Shown: positions 24,598 to 37,866, numbered from the stretch's first letter. The stretch is 64,000 nt of DNA from Octopus vulgaris (GCA_951406725.2 OX597817.1:163990001-164054000), one strand, 5' to 3'. A program made the numbers and translations. The notes: generated by a model from the sequence alone, not told the origin.

Positions 24598-25134
24598 CGT
24601 AAATCAGCATTATTCATTTGTACGCTGACCGTGTATGGGTGTATCTACGAGCGTGCATTTATATATATATATGTATGTGTATGCCGAGTGTAAAATGTTG
24701 ATTAATGTGTAATTATTAAAAGTGCTGATATTGTATGGTATCAATATGTACGTGTGTGCACCGGCGTTGTTTGTGTGTATATGTATGGATGTGTGTGTGT
24801 GTCATTGTCCATACACGTTATGTATATAGTCACCACTCTAAAGCCACACACATACACAACCACACACATATACACACACACACACACAATGCACACACAG
24901 CGCATACATATGCGTCATGCTCACCATCCTTTCCCTAGCTGAAATATATAAAAGATGTGGAAGAATGCTGGTAATCTATGTAACATCTGCAATATCGATT
25001 AATCCTCACTGAGGTAAAAACTCTAGAACGAGGCTATTGCTGTTTTGTATGATTCAGTCAAACAATCTGACCTGTTTCTTCCTACTTTAAAGACATTATG
25101 CATGTTTGGTTATCCGTCTCACTTGTGTTGTCTG

Positions 25135-25905
25135 GGCGGCGAGCTGGCAGAAACGTTAGCACGCCGGGCGAAATACTTAACGGTATTTCGCTTGTCGTTA
25201 CGTTGTGAGTTCAAATTCCGCCGAGGTTGACTTTGCCTTTCATCCTTTCGGGGGTCGATAAATTAAGTACCAGTTACGCACTGGGGTCGATGTAATCGAC
25301 TTAATACCTATGTCTGTCCTTGTTTGTCCCCTCTATGTTTAGCCCCTTGTGGGTAATAAAGAAATAGGTATTTCGTCTGCGTTACGTTGTGTGTTCAAAT
25401 TCCGCCGAGGTTGACTTTGCCTTTCATCCTTTCGGGGTCGATAAATTAAGTACCAGTTACGCACTGGGGTCGATGTAATCGACTTAATACCTATGTCTGT
25501 CCTTGTTTGTCCCCTCTATGTTTAGCCCCTTGTGGGTAATAAAGAAATAGGTATTTCGTCTGCGTTACGTTGTGTGTTCAAATTCCGCCTGAGGTCGACT
25601 TTGCCTTTCATCCTTTCGGGGTCGATAAATTAAGTACCAGTTACGCACTGGGGTCGATGTAATCGACATTAATACCTATGTCTGTCCTTGTTTGTCCCCT
25701 CTATGTTTAGCCCCTTGTGGGTAATAAAGAAATAGGTATTTCGTCTGCGTTACGTTGTGTGTTCAAATTCCGCCGAGGTTGACTTTGCCTTTCATCCTTT
25801 CGGGGTCGATAAATTAAGTACCAGTTACGTACTGGGGTCGATGTAATCGACTTAATACCTATGTCTGTCCTTGTTTGTCCCCTCTATGTTTAGCCCCTTG
25901 TGGTA
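25135..25905 (+). mobile_element. SINE family B tetramer (one head, units restarting at 25367, 25550, 25735)
   Basis: ~183-185-bp period; junction AAAGAAATA|GGTATTTCG. Confidence 0.92.
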
Positions 25906-25956
25906 GAAAGAAACTGAAAGAAGCCCGTCGTATATATGCATATATATATATATGTA

Positions 25957-26029
<73 letters not shown>

Positions 26030-26293
26030 CATATCACCACCTACGTTATGTAGTTAGCTTTTGGGGCTCACTGCTTGTACTATGTGATTTACTTTTTTTT
26101 TTTTCTCGCCATCCATAGGCGTAGGAGGCTGTGTGGTAGACCGTAGCTTCCGGGTTCTAGTCTTATAAAGCGTGGCAAGTCTTGGGGTCGTACCTTCTAC
26201 TATAGCCTCGGTGCCGACCAAACCCTTGTGAGTGGATTTGGTAGAAAGAAACTGAAAAGAAGCCCGTCGTATATATGCATATATATATATGTA

Positions 26294-26351
<58 letters not shown>

Positions 26352-26561
26352 GATGTGCCAACATGTCTGTGTACTGTCACTTTTCCATCTCACTATTTGT
26401 GTTGTTGTGTAGTTAGTTTTTCTATCTCATCACCTGTATTGTGTGGTTAGTTTTTGATCTTATCGCTTATATTAATGGCTTATAAAGAATGCCAAGTCCT
26501 GTCGATTTTCTCGGTTAAAGGCGGTGCTCCACTATTTACTTTATAATACTACCTGTATTGT

Positions 26562-26896
26562 GAAGGCGCATGGCTCAGTGGTTAGAGCGTCGAGCTTACG
26601 ATCGTGAGGTTGTGAGCTCGAATCCCGGACCGGGCTGCGTGTTGTGTTCTTGAGCAAGGCACTTTATTTCATGTTGCTCCAGTTCACTCAGCTGTAGAAA
26701 TGAGTTGCGACGTCACTGGTGCCAAGCTGTATCGACCTTTGTCTTTCCCTTGGATAACACTGGTGGCGTGGAGAGGGGAGGCTGGTATGCATGGGCGACT
26801 GCTGGTCTTCCATAAACAACCTTGCCCGGACTTGTGTCTAGGAGGGTAACTTTCTAGGTGCAATCCCATGGTCATTCATGACCGAAGGGGGTCTTT
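26562..26896 (+). mobile_element. Full-length SINE family C with TSD TACTACCTGTATT
   Basis: A box TGGCTCAGTGG, B-box-like GAGCTCGAATCCC; TSD at 26547-26559 and 26897-26909. Confidence 0.92.
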
Positions 26897-28223
26897 TACT
26901 ACCTGTATTATGTGCTAATTTTTTCTTTCGACCTACTCCTGTGCTGTAGGTGTTGCCTGGTATTCGAAACTTTCCGTCAAAAGGCGTCATTAGCATGACA
27001 ATTGTTCGACCTCATTTCCAGCAGCCAAGGGACATAAGTGTGTACAAAAAGAGCAGAGCATATTTATGGCTAAGGTAATTTGCATAAATTAAACAAAAAA
27101 TGAGTTAAGAAAATTAGCTCAGAGTGGCCAGTGGCATGTATATGAACAACATAGACAAATACAGGTATATCAAATACTACGCAACATTAATTCTTAACTT
27201 ATTAAAATTATTTGCGCCTCTAGGGGATGTATTGCAATTACTAAATGGCAAATGAGTACAGCTCCATATAAGGGAGATAATCTCAAGAATCAAGAATTCT
27301 CATATGTTTGTGCATGTGACCGTACATGCGTGTGTATGCGTGCGTATGATATATAGTGAGAGGCAGTATGGCCAAATGGTTAAAATGTTCGCTTCGCAAC
27401 CACGTAATCCCGCGTTCGACCGCACTGCACCTTGAGCAAATCCCATTTTCTGTAGACTTAAGTCAATCAGCTCCTTGTAACTGAAATTGGGTTCTTCGAA
27501 AATGTGTAGAAACCCGTCGGTGGATTGTACTTGTAAGTTAAAAGGTAGTCTTGTCACACATAATGTCATACAGATTCTACCTGAGCAGGTAATTCTAACA
27601 ACGGAATCCTCATAGTTGAGTGACTGAGATCCACCATGCACGCGCGGGTGTGTGTGCGTGCGTGTGCTCAAGAACACGACACACAGCCTGGTCCAGGAAT
27701 CGAACTCACTACCTCATGACTGTGAGCCAGGCGCTCTAACCACTGAGCCATAAAGCTACAAAAAAAGCAGACTGTAAATATTGAGTTGTAACACTCTTTC
27801 GGGTTGGGTAGCAAATGACGAAGGCCGTCCGTTGGACACGAGTCCACTTCTCCAGATGTTCTACCAATTAGACCAAAGTAATCTTTTGAATGTCTCAATG
27901 CATTTTAAAAACTTTATTCTTACCGGCAAGAATTGTATTTCGTTGACGTCATAAGTATTTTATGAACTTTCGAGAGAACGTGAATTTTTTTGTGGTGGTG
28001 GGGACAGTAGATCTCGAAACACATAAAGCTATAGATAATAAATAATAGCATATAAATATTGGGTTTATAAACACTTTTGGATAGAAAAAGGTCGAAGGCT
28101 ACTCGTGGGACACGAACCCATATTTCCTCTAATTCTATGTGCTCCGAGATCCACTCTTCCAAAATTGAATTATTTCATGTTCTCTTGATAATTTATAAAA
28201 TTCTTGACGTCAATTCAACAATG

Positions 28224-28305
<82 letters not shown>

Positions 28306-28306
<1 letters not shown>

Positions 28307-28777
28307 GACACCCTTCGGTCATGAATGACCATGCGATTGCACCTAGAAAGTTACCCTCCGAGGCACAGGTCTGGGCAAGGTTGTTTATGGAAGACTAGCA
28401 GTCGCCCACGCATACTAGCCTCCTCTCTCCACGCCACCGATGTTATCCAAGGGAAAGGCAAAGGCCGATAAGGCTTGGCACCAGTGACGTCACAGCTCAT
28501 TTATTAACTCCACATACACGTATACCCTCAAGGTAGTTCTCGGGGAGATTCAGCGTGACACAGATTGTGACAAGGCTGGCCCTTTGAAATACAGGTACAA
28601 CAGAAACAGGAAGAAAGAGAGAAAGTTGTGATGAATGAGTACAGCAGGGTTCACCACCACCCCCTGCCGGAGCCTCGTGGAGCTTTAGATGTCTTCGTTC
28701 AATAAACACTCACAATGCCCGGTCTGCGAATCGAAACCGCGATCCTACGACCGCGAGTCCGTTGCCCTAACCACTGG
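28306..28777 (-). mobile_element. Adjacent SINE family C 3' half (28306-28500) and family D 5' part (28505-28777)
   Basis: Reverse complements of the copies at 26562 and 49135. Confidence 0.85.
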
Positions 28778-29510
28778 ATATGAGGAGATATATATATCAT
28801 CTTACTGATTTGATTCACTGGTTCATAATTGTTTCTTCCCACCCCCATAAGATAAAGAGGCCCTTTTTGTAAGGTGTGTCACTGTATACACACACTCACA
28901 CACACACACACCTATATATATACTTATAATAAATAATAAATGCGCCCTTTTAAAGCCTTTTAAATCATTATGATATTCCACATAGGACCGAATCGATGTT
29001 GGTCGCTCAGTCAACTCCCGAAATGCAATTGCAATGTGGCATCAACGGTGTCAGCCAAACACTTCTTTCAACAGTTAATCCCAGCAACAAAATGATCGCA
29101 GTTAGTCATCTACGTACTTATAGAAGACGTAGGCAACGGGAAAAGGAAATGTGGTTTTTGATAAAAGGAAATAGTGGTTATCTAACTTGTATAGAAAACA
29201 ACTTGGGAGAGTAAAATTGAATACTCAGTCAATATATCAACACATTGGTTGTAATCTCATATGTTTAACTATTGTGATTACACAAAACTGAAGGTATACA
29301 AGGGAAAGGTAATAGAGATAGTCTAATGAGGTGGAGAGGTTGAAAGAAGGGAGACAAAAAGTCGCTAACTTCACTGATAAGATGGTTTATTTTTACAATT
29401 TGTACTTCTATATGTATACGTGCGTATGTGTTTGTGTGTGCATGTGTGCACGCGTGTGTGTGGGCGCGTATGTGTGTGCGTGTGTCGTGTGTGTGAATGT
29501 GTTATATGTC

Positions 29511-29557
<47 letters not shown>

Positions 29558-30374
29558 TTATATGTACGTATGTATGTATATATGTATGCATTATGTATGC
29601 ATGTGAGTATGTATGTTTATGTAGATCACTATGTCTTTCTATGCGAATTTCTGTATATGTGTGTGCGTGTGTGCGCGTGTGTGTGTGTGCTGTATGTATA
29701 CGCTTGTATGCATGTATTTGTGACTTTCGGTCTGTATGCAGTGTGCATTTATGCCTCTGTGTGTATGCATATATGCATACATGTTAGTGTCTCTATGCAT
29801 GTAAGCATGAGTCTATGCTTGTGCGAATGTGCATGTACGTGTACGCTTGTATGTGTGTGTATGCGCGCACGTATATGCATTTGTGTGCGTGTGTGTGTGT
29901 GTGTCTTACAGAGTATATATAGCTAATTCCAACTTCGAGCCAGGATCTATTCAAACTTCAGGGAATCATAAGATTAATGTATCTTTAATATGTGTGTACA
30001 TAGCAAACAGTTGGTTACATTCCCAACAACAGACTTCCATTTAGCAATAGAGACACACGTTTCAATGAAAAGAAATACCAATATTGACTAACACATGACC
30101 TCTTCAGTCTAGTGTTTGTCAAACATCACTTAAATCAACAATCTCACTGTCTGTATTATTGTAGAGCTGCCCTCTACAATAATACAGCTGCCGTCTGTGC
30201 ATGGGCGACAACTCTGTCTACTAACATTACGTTCCTTATTCACCTGAGTAGTCGATGGAGCTTCAACGTAGTCGCTCGACCTGCTAGAAAAAACAGCTAA
30301 ATCCCTTCGAATTACAAACCAATGTCTGAGAAAAGGGTGGGGACACAATAGATGATAATGTAGACATAGATACA

Positions 30375-30528
30375 CAGGTATGATTGCGTGGTAAGAAGCT
30401 GATTTCTTAATCACATGCTTTCGGGTTCAGTCACACTGCGCAGCACTTTTGGGCAAGTGTCTTGTACAGCCTCAGGCCGACCAAAGCTTTGAGACAGGAT
30501 TTGGTAAACGGAAGCTGAAAGAAGCCTG

Positions 30529-30583
<55 letters not shown>

Positions 30584-30594
30584 TGTGTGTGTGC

Positions 30595-30626
<32 letters not shown>

Positions 30627-30850
30627 CTATATGTATGTCTTTGTGTGTATGTGTATCTATGTGTGTGTATCATTGTGTTTGTGTTTATCTCTCACCACTG
30701 TTTCACAACCGGTGCATTCAGCAAAAGATACCGATAGAATAAGTACCAGGCTTTAAAATAAGTATAGAAGTCGATTTGTTCGACTAAACGCTTGAAAAAG
30801 GTGCTCTAGCATGGCCGTAGTACAATGATTGAAACGAGGTAAAAAAAAAT
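30375..30850 (+). mobile_element. SINE family A, older diverged copy
   Basis: Diverged head, internal (TG)n and tail. Confidence 0.8.
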
Positions 30851-31650
30851 ATAAAGGATTAAAGATATACCAGAAAAGAAAACAGGCTGTTCATGACAGG
30901 AACGATTTTGATCAGTGATTTACTCAATCAGAACGGACACAAGGTTAAACAACTGTAACTGCAACCATCCGTATTACAAACCAGTTTCTATAAAGCGTCT
31001 CTATATTACAACTGACGTCATCGTCGGACAAACGACATCAATATTATCTTTCAGAACTTTTGTGCGTCCATCATCTTTCTTACATGTAATGACCTAGCGC
31101 TATTTATACTCGGACATCTCCGGATACTTTCGTAAGATTATGTCTATGTGACAGGTAACGGCTATTTTTTAATGAATTCTTTCTTTTTTTTTAGTATTTA
31201 ATAAGTATCATTAATTAGCAAATAATTACTTTTACAAATAACTATTAACAACAATTATTAATATTGACTTTTTAATATTTGCACAAAATCCTGTATTTTG
31301 TTGAGAAGGGAAGATGTAGTCGATTATATCGACCTCAGTACTAGACTGGTACTTTATTCTAACGACACCAGATGGAGAAAAGATAAAATTGACCTTGGCA
31401 GGAATATCGACAACGATTATTATTAGCAAATCCACCCTTCTCGCTACCCCCACTCCACCACACTTGAAGAATCAATAGCATTTAATGTCCAGCTAATTGG
31501 CCAACATCTCCCAAGTTTAATACCAAGTCTCAACAACATTGTTTTCCGGAACAACAACACGCTTATTCTAAAAGTATATTACTGGTTTCCATTTTATGTT
31601 GCTCTTATAATTATTGATATTCCTGTTATTTCTTTGCTTTCCTTTGACAG

Positions 31651-31894
31651 AGGATGGCAGACAGTTTTCGTTTGTCAACTGACCATAGAAAAAACGGATT
31701 GTGTTGAGGACAAGAATAAGAAGTCTTGGAACGAAGCTTTTCTTTTCTGGCCAAGCCCTCATGAAATCTTTACAAGTACTACTGCAAGAATGAAATGCAA
31801 GTACAAGGGTCGAATTCAATCAAAAAAAGAGGCATGGCAACAATATGTCACAAACATGTATACCTCCTTACCCGGGAAATTTATTCATGAATAG
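31651..31894 (+). CDS. Candidate terminal coding exon of unknown product
   Basis: Strong acceptor TTTCTTTGCTTTCCTTTGACAG ending at 31650, then ~80 open codons of non-repetitive sequence (GWQTVFVCQL...GKFIHE*); no family recognised. Confidence 0.25.
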
Positions 31895-32573
31895 ACGAGT
31901 AGAAGGGTAATATGTCTCTCCTTCACAAATATTTCTTTACCGTCTCACAGGAACACTTAAAAGGAGTTCGAGAAGATGCATCACGTACTTTTCATTGATA
32001 AGAGTAAAGAATATGGAAGTGTATCGGTGCCGGGTCTTCAGATGTATGAGTAAAGCAAGAAAGTAAGTCGGACTGTATGTCACAAAAATGCCACTATGTA
32101 TTGCAACTGATACTGTAATCATGGCATGACATAACAAGAGGGTCACAGCGTGGCCCATAGGTAGCGACAATAATCATTGACTTTAAGTCATTTTTATAAC
32201 AATGTAGGCGAACGTTGAGCGTCAGGTGAGACAGAATAACAAGGATATATAGATGGCTTTGTAAATTAATAATTTTTCTTTGTAATCATGTACTTCTAGG
32301 TGTGATCTCACGATGTGAAACCTTGGGTCAATACTTGATACCATAACCTCGGGCCGACCCAAGCTTTGTGAGTGAAATTAGATAAACGAAAGTTGTATGA
32401 AAACCTGTGGGAAATAACGCCCTACAAATTAAAAGAGCTAATTCGTTAGCCTGTAACTGTCTGTAGAATAGACTACATATGTACCAGTCCTTGAGTGTAA
32501 GAATAAATCAAACGCAGGATTCAAAATCCACCTCACCCTGATGAGCAAGCATTCGGATAAAACTCAGATATGA

Positions 32574-32627
<54 letters not shown>

Positions 32628-32790
32628 TCTTACTGATTTGATTCACTGGTTCATAATTGTTTCTTCCCACCCCCCATAATATGAAGAGGCCCTTTTTGTA
32701 AGGTGTGTCAATGTGCATGTCTATGTATACACACACTCTCACACACACACCTTTATATATATATATATATATATACTTATAATAAATCAT

Positions 32791-33030
32791 AAATGCGCCC
32801 TTTTAAAGCCTAGCCAGGCTAAGGGGCCCGGTTTCTATGGCGTATGTGTTTCCCAGCTGGACGGGACGCCAGTCCATCGCAGCGTTACTAATTTTTGCCA
32901 GCTGAGTGGACTGGAGCAACGTGAAGTGAAGTGTTTTGCTCAAGAACACAACGCGTCGCCCGGTCCAGGAATCGAAACCACAATCTTACGATCATGATGC
33001 TGACACCCTAACCACTAAGTCACGCGCCTC
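32791..33030 (-). mobile_element. SINE family E, full length
   Basis: Minus: GGAGGCGCGTGACTTAGTGG...GGTTTCGATTCC...GCGATGGACTGGCGTCCCGTCC...TAGGCTTTAAAAGGGCGCATTT. Confidence 0.88.
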
Positions 33031-33076
33031 CACATATATACTTATATAAACATACATATGTGTGTATGAACGCATG

Positions 33077-33152
<76 letters not shown>

Positions 33153-33454
33153 GTGGCAGACTAAAAGGATAGACGGACAAATAATAGGTATCAGATCAGA
33201 CTATGACATTTTTATATTTACACTACAACATAGAGCGAAGCGCAGGCATAAATGAGATTAAATCACAGGAGATCAGTAAAGGTTCAGCTTGATCGATACA
33301 TTTCCTATGGCCAATTCTCATTTAAGCAGTGACTGGACTTAAGTCCCTGCATTTGAAGTCACATTTAAACCCAAGAGGTTTAGGTACGAATTCAGCCTGA
33401 GCACTATTTGTATGTATCTATTATCTTACGCCATGAGACATCAGATTATCTGAA

Positions 33455-33482
<28 letters not shown>

Positions 33483-33485
<3 letters not shown>

Positions 33486-33712
33486 CGCACGGGTCCGTGC
33501 GTATCACGTCAGGTCGACGATAGGAAGGGTGGATTCCCTTTGCAAATACTGATAGGGCACAGAAAGTGTGTCAATAGCCAGCTGGAGATGTTCTCCTGGG
33601 GCTACAAGCTACAGTAACATCCACCCTTAGTGGTTAGCCACATTTAGGTGGCAAATATACTTCACATTGTCGTGCAGCTACTGTTTATACCTCGCTCAGA
33701 GATTTATTATTG

Positions 33713-33718
<6 letters not shown>
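33483..33718. mobile_element. Highly structured ~235-bp insert between (TA)n tracts
   Basis: Several nested inverted repeats (see findings). Confidence 0.5.
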
Positions 33719-33770
<52 letters not shown>

Positions 33771-33773
<3 letters not shown>

Positions 33774-33962
33774 GAGACAAAATCACTATTTTGCAAAACA
33801 AACAAGGAAAGACTTAATCAATACATAAAAAATTTTAATATAAAGAAATAAACCGCCACTACAATCGTTTCATGTCTTCAATGACATTCGTCAGGTGGAT
33901 TTTCGATCTCCTAATCTGTTTTATTTCCCTGTAAATTTGGATTTATTCCCTAATATTTATTA

Positions 33963-33968
<6 letters not shown>
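33771..33968 (-). mobile_element. ~200-bp hammerhead-bearing insert between two (TA)n tracts
   Basis: (TA)n on both flanks; contains the canonical hammerhead listed next. Confidence 0.75.
33856..33898 (-). ncRNA. Canonical minimal type-I hammerhead ribozyme
   Basis: Minus strand CCAC-CTGACGA-ATGTC-ATTGAA-GACAT-GAAA-C-GATT-G-TA-GTGG; all core nucleotides and three stems present. Confidence 0.85.
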
Positions 33969-34042
<74 letters not shown>

Positions 34043-34355
34043 ATATCCTTGTTGCTTATTTTGATTATATATATATATATATATACGTGTGTGTAATTGT
34101 CCTGATTCAGCAGATAATTTCATGCATCATTTATTTACTTATTTCGAGTTTTTTTTTTTTTGTATTTGCTGACTCAGCATTGTACAGAGAAGAGTGAGAA
34201 GAAGCAGTCTACTTCGTTAGAAAGTGGTTTTGGAATGGTGCCAGATATCAAAATTCTTGGCATATATCACAGCTGAAATATTTTCTGAGACTCGACTCCC
34301 ATTGTAGTCAGTACTTAAAAATGAACGTTCACCCTTGAACAAATGCGAAATCCCC

Positions 34356-34391
<36 letters not shown>

Positions 34392-34570
34392 ACCACAACT
34401 GCTACAACAGTTGTTGTTGTTGTTGTTGTTGTTGTTGCTGTTGCTGCTGTTGTTGTTGTTGTTGTTGTTATTGTTGTTGTTTCTGCCAGCTGGCTTATGG
34501 AGGCCAGCAGATAGAATCATTACAGCGTCGGAAGAAATGCCTTGTGTTATTTCTAAGTTCAAATCCCAAG

Positions 34571-35165
<595 letters not shown>

Positions 35166-35832
35166 GAAAAAGAAGCATAAAAGACTTAATTAGATCAGGC
35201 CAGAAGAAGGCACCAGTACTGCAAGTTCCCTATCAACCATCAACGGAAGGTCTGAAATGTTTGAATTTCACATTTGCCCGACTTAACAAAAATCTAAAGA
35301 ACCAGTTTAAAAAAAAAACTAAAAGAGAAAGTAAAAGGTAATGTGCTGATTGAAGACAAGATAGGCGTGGAGTACACAGAAGCCAAAAAACGGTTAAGAA
35401 ACCATGCCAAGTGATAGACTGCCGGTGAAAACCACGTATGGCTTCTTTACGGTTCAGCTGAAGAAGATGCTCATAAGCAATTTTAGAAGTTCGGATTTAC
35501 AGAAGGTAATCGGAGCGTAAGATGATCACATTTGAGGGGTGCCGTAATCCCTACCTAGATAGTAGCTTCTCGACCCTGTGTAGGTGGGTTTCCCTTATTT
35601 GCATTTGTTTCGTGTACCGTGTTTTAATCTCTCCTGATATATTGTATTACGTTTGTTTGTTGCACCCCACCGCACCCGTTTAATATAATACTTAACTCTC
35701 TCACATACTAGCACGGTGCCGAATTGTTTTTCAGTCGTAAGTGCGTGTCTTGTCAGGTCTACATTAGCATGAAAAGGAATTGGGTATCTTCGCTTTTCTA
35801 CACGATAAAGGTAACGGTTTGGAAGAATATGA

Positions 35833-36789
35833 AGGCAACGAGCTGGCAGAAACGTTAGCGCGCCGGGCGAAATGCTTGGCGGTATTTCGTCTGCCGCTAC
35901 GTTCTGAGTTCATATTCCGCCGAGATCGACTTTGCCTTCCACCCTTTCGGGGTCGATTAAATAAGTACCAGTTACGATATAATTGACTTAATCCGTTTGT
36001 CTGACTTTGTTTGTCCCCTCTGTGTGTAGCCCCTTGTGGGTAATAAAGAAATAGGTATTTCGTCTGCCGCTACGTTCTGAGTTCATATACCGCCGAGGTC
36101 GACTTTGCCATCCATCCTTTCGGGGTCGATTAAATAAGTACCAGTTACGCACTGGGGTCGATATAATTGACTTAATCCGTTTGTCTGACTTTGTTTGTGC
36201 CCTCTGTGTGTAGCTCCTTGTGGGTAATAAAGAAATAGGTATTTCGTCTGCCGCTACGTTCTGAGTTCATATACCGCCGAGGTCGACTTTGCCATCCATC
36301 CTTTCGGGGTCGATTAAATAAGTACCAGTTACGCACTGGCGTCGATATAATTGACTTAATCCGTTTGTCTGACTTTGTTTGTCCCCTCTGTGTGTAGCCC
36401 CTTGTGGGTAATAAAGAAATAGGTATTTCGTCTGCCGCTACGTTCTGAGTTCATATACCGCCGAGGTCGACTTTGCCATCCATCCTTTCGGGGTCGATTA
36501 AATAAGTACCAGTTACGCACTGGGGTCGATATAATTGACTTAATCCGTTTGTCTGACTTTGTTTGTACCCTCTGTCTTTAGCTCCTGGTGGGTAATAAAG
36601 AAATAGGTATTTCGTCTGCCGCTACGTTCTGAGTTCATATACCGCTGAGGTCGACTTTGCCATCCATCCTTTCGGGGTCGATTAAATAAGTACCAGTTAC
36701 GCACTGGGGTCGATATAATTGACTTAATCCGTTTGTCTGACTTTGTTTGTCCCCTCTGTCTTTAGCTCCTGGTGGGTAGTAAAGAAATA
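35833..36789 (+). mobile_element. SINE family B pentamer (units restarting at 36054, 36238, 36422, 36606) within a single TSD
   Basis: 184-bp period; TSD AGGTAACGG(T/A)TTGGAAGAAT at 35809-35828 and 36789-36808. Confidence 0.93.
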
Positions 36790-37590
36790 GGTAACGGATT
36801 GGAAGAATCGTTAGAACATTGTGATATTTGTTCTGGAGCTATACATTATAAGTTCAAATCCCGCTGAGATCAACTTTGCCTTCCAGACACAATAAATAAA
36901 ATGCCAAATTAAATGGAGTATTGAGATCGATATTATCGATTATAGCCCTTCACTAAGTCGGGGATTTTGAGTCTATCTCAGATATCATTATTCCGAAGGA
37001 CATTGTCAATTGCTTTGACACACTTTGTATTTTATGTATAACATTTTGCGGCCAATAAAGTAAGAATTATTTCAGATCTTAACATTCCAAGTTCAAATTT
37101 CACCACGGTCAATTTTGTCTTCCTTCCATCCGGTATCGATCAAATATAGTACCAATCAAATTCTGAAATCGATAGTAACGACCATCAAAGTCGCTAACCT
37201 TCTGTCTAAATCAGAAACATTGGTAAAATCGTTAAAGCGCCGAACAAAATGCTTAGCATCGTTTCTTCCGACTCCTTACATTCTTATTCAAAACCTACCG
37301 AGGTTAACTTTGCCTTTTTTTCTTTCGGGTTCGATAAAATAACGAACCGGTGAAGTATTTGGGTCGATGGTAACGAGTAAGCCGAGACTTTTCAATATTG
37401 CTGGCCTTGTGCTTAAACAAAAAAGCATTGTTGTTATTCTGGTTGATCCCACAAGGGTCACCCTTGCCTTTTACCCTTTCGAGGTCGATAGAATGCGTAC
37501 CAGTTGAGTATTGGGATCAACGTAATCGAGTATCCCCTACCAAAACAAATTTCTGGTCACGTGCCAATAGTGGAAAGGATTATTTTGGTA

Positions 37591-37712
37591 ATGGTGGTGG
37601 TGGTGGTGGTGGTGGTGGTGGTGGTCGTCGTCGTCGTCGTCGTCGTCGTGATATGTTTGTTATTATTGATGATCGCGTCGTTGTTGCTCTTTTGCTGTTG
37701 ATTTCATTACCT

Positions 37713-37755
<43 letters not shown>

Positions 37756-37799
37756 CAGTAGTAGTAGTAGTAGTAGTAGTAGTAGCAGCAGCAGCAGTT

Positions 37800-37866
<67 letters not shown>
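37591..37866. repeat. Trinucleotide mosaic (GGT/CGT/GCA/GTA)n
   Basis: Direct inspection. Confidence 0.9.

Noticed and set aside
26562-26635. tRNA-like sequences (also at 49135, 58985, 32960-33030)
   Set aside because: A/B boxes continue into SINE bodies, with a TSD in the 26562 case; these are SINE heads, not tRNA genes.
27924-28028. Apparent 105-bp minus-strand exon with AG and GTAAGA sites
   Set aside because: Lies within a diverged tandem repeat and the peptide is unrecognisable; the splice signals are probably fortuitous.
32533-32576. CCTCA-CC-CTGATGAG...CTC-AGATA-TGAGG hammerhead-like string
   Set aside because: GAAA and stem III are absent, and the 3' part belongs to a separate duplicated segment.
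35833-36789. Regularly spaced repeats suggesting a CRISPR array
   Set aside because: No unique spacers; whole 184-bp units are SINE bodies in a eukaryotic context.
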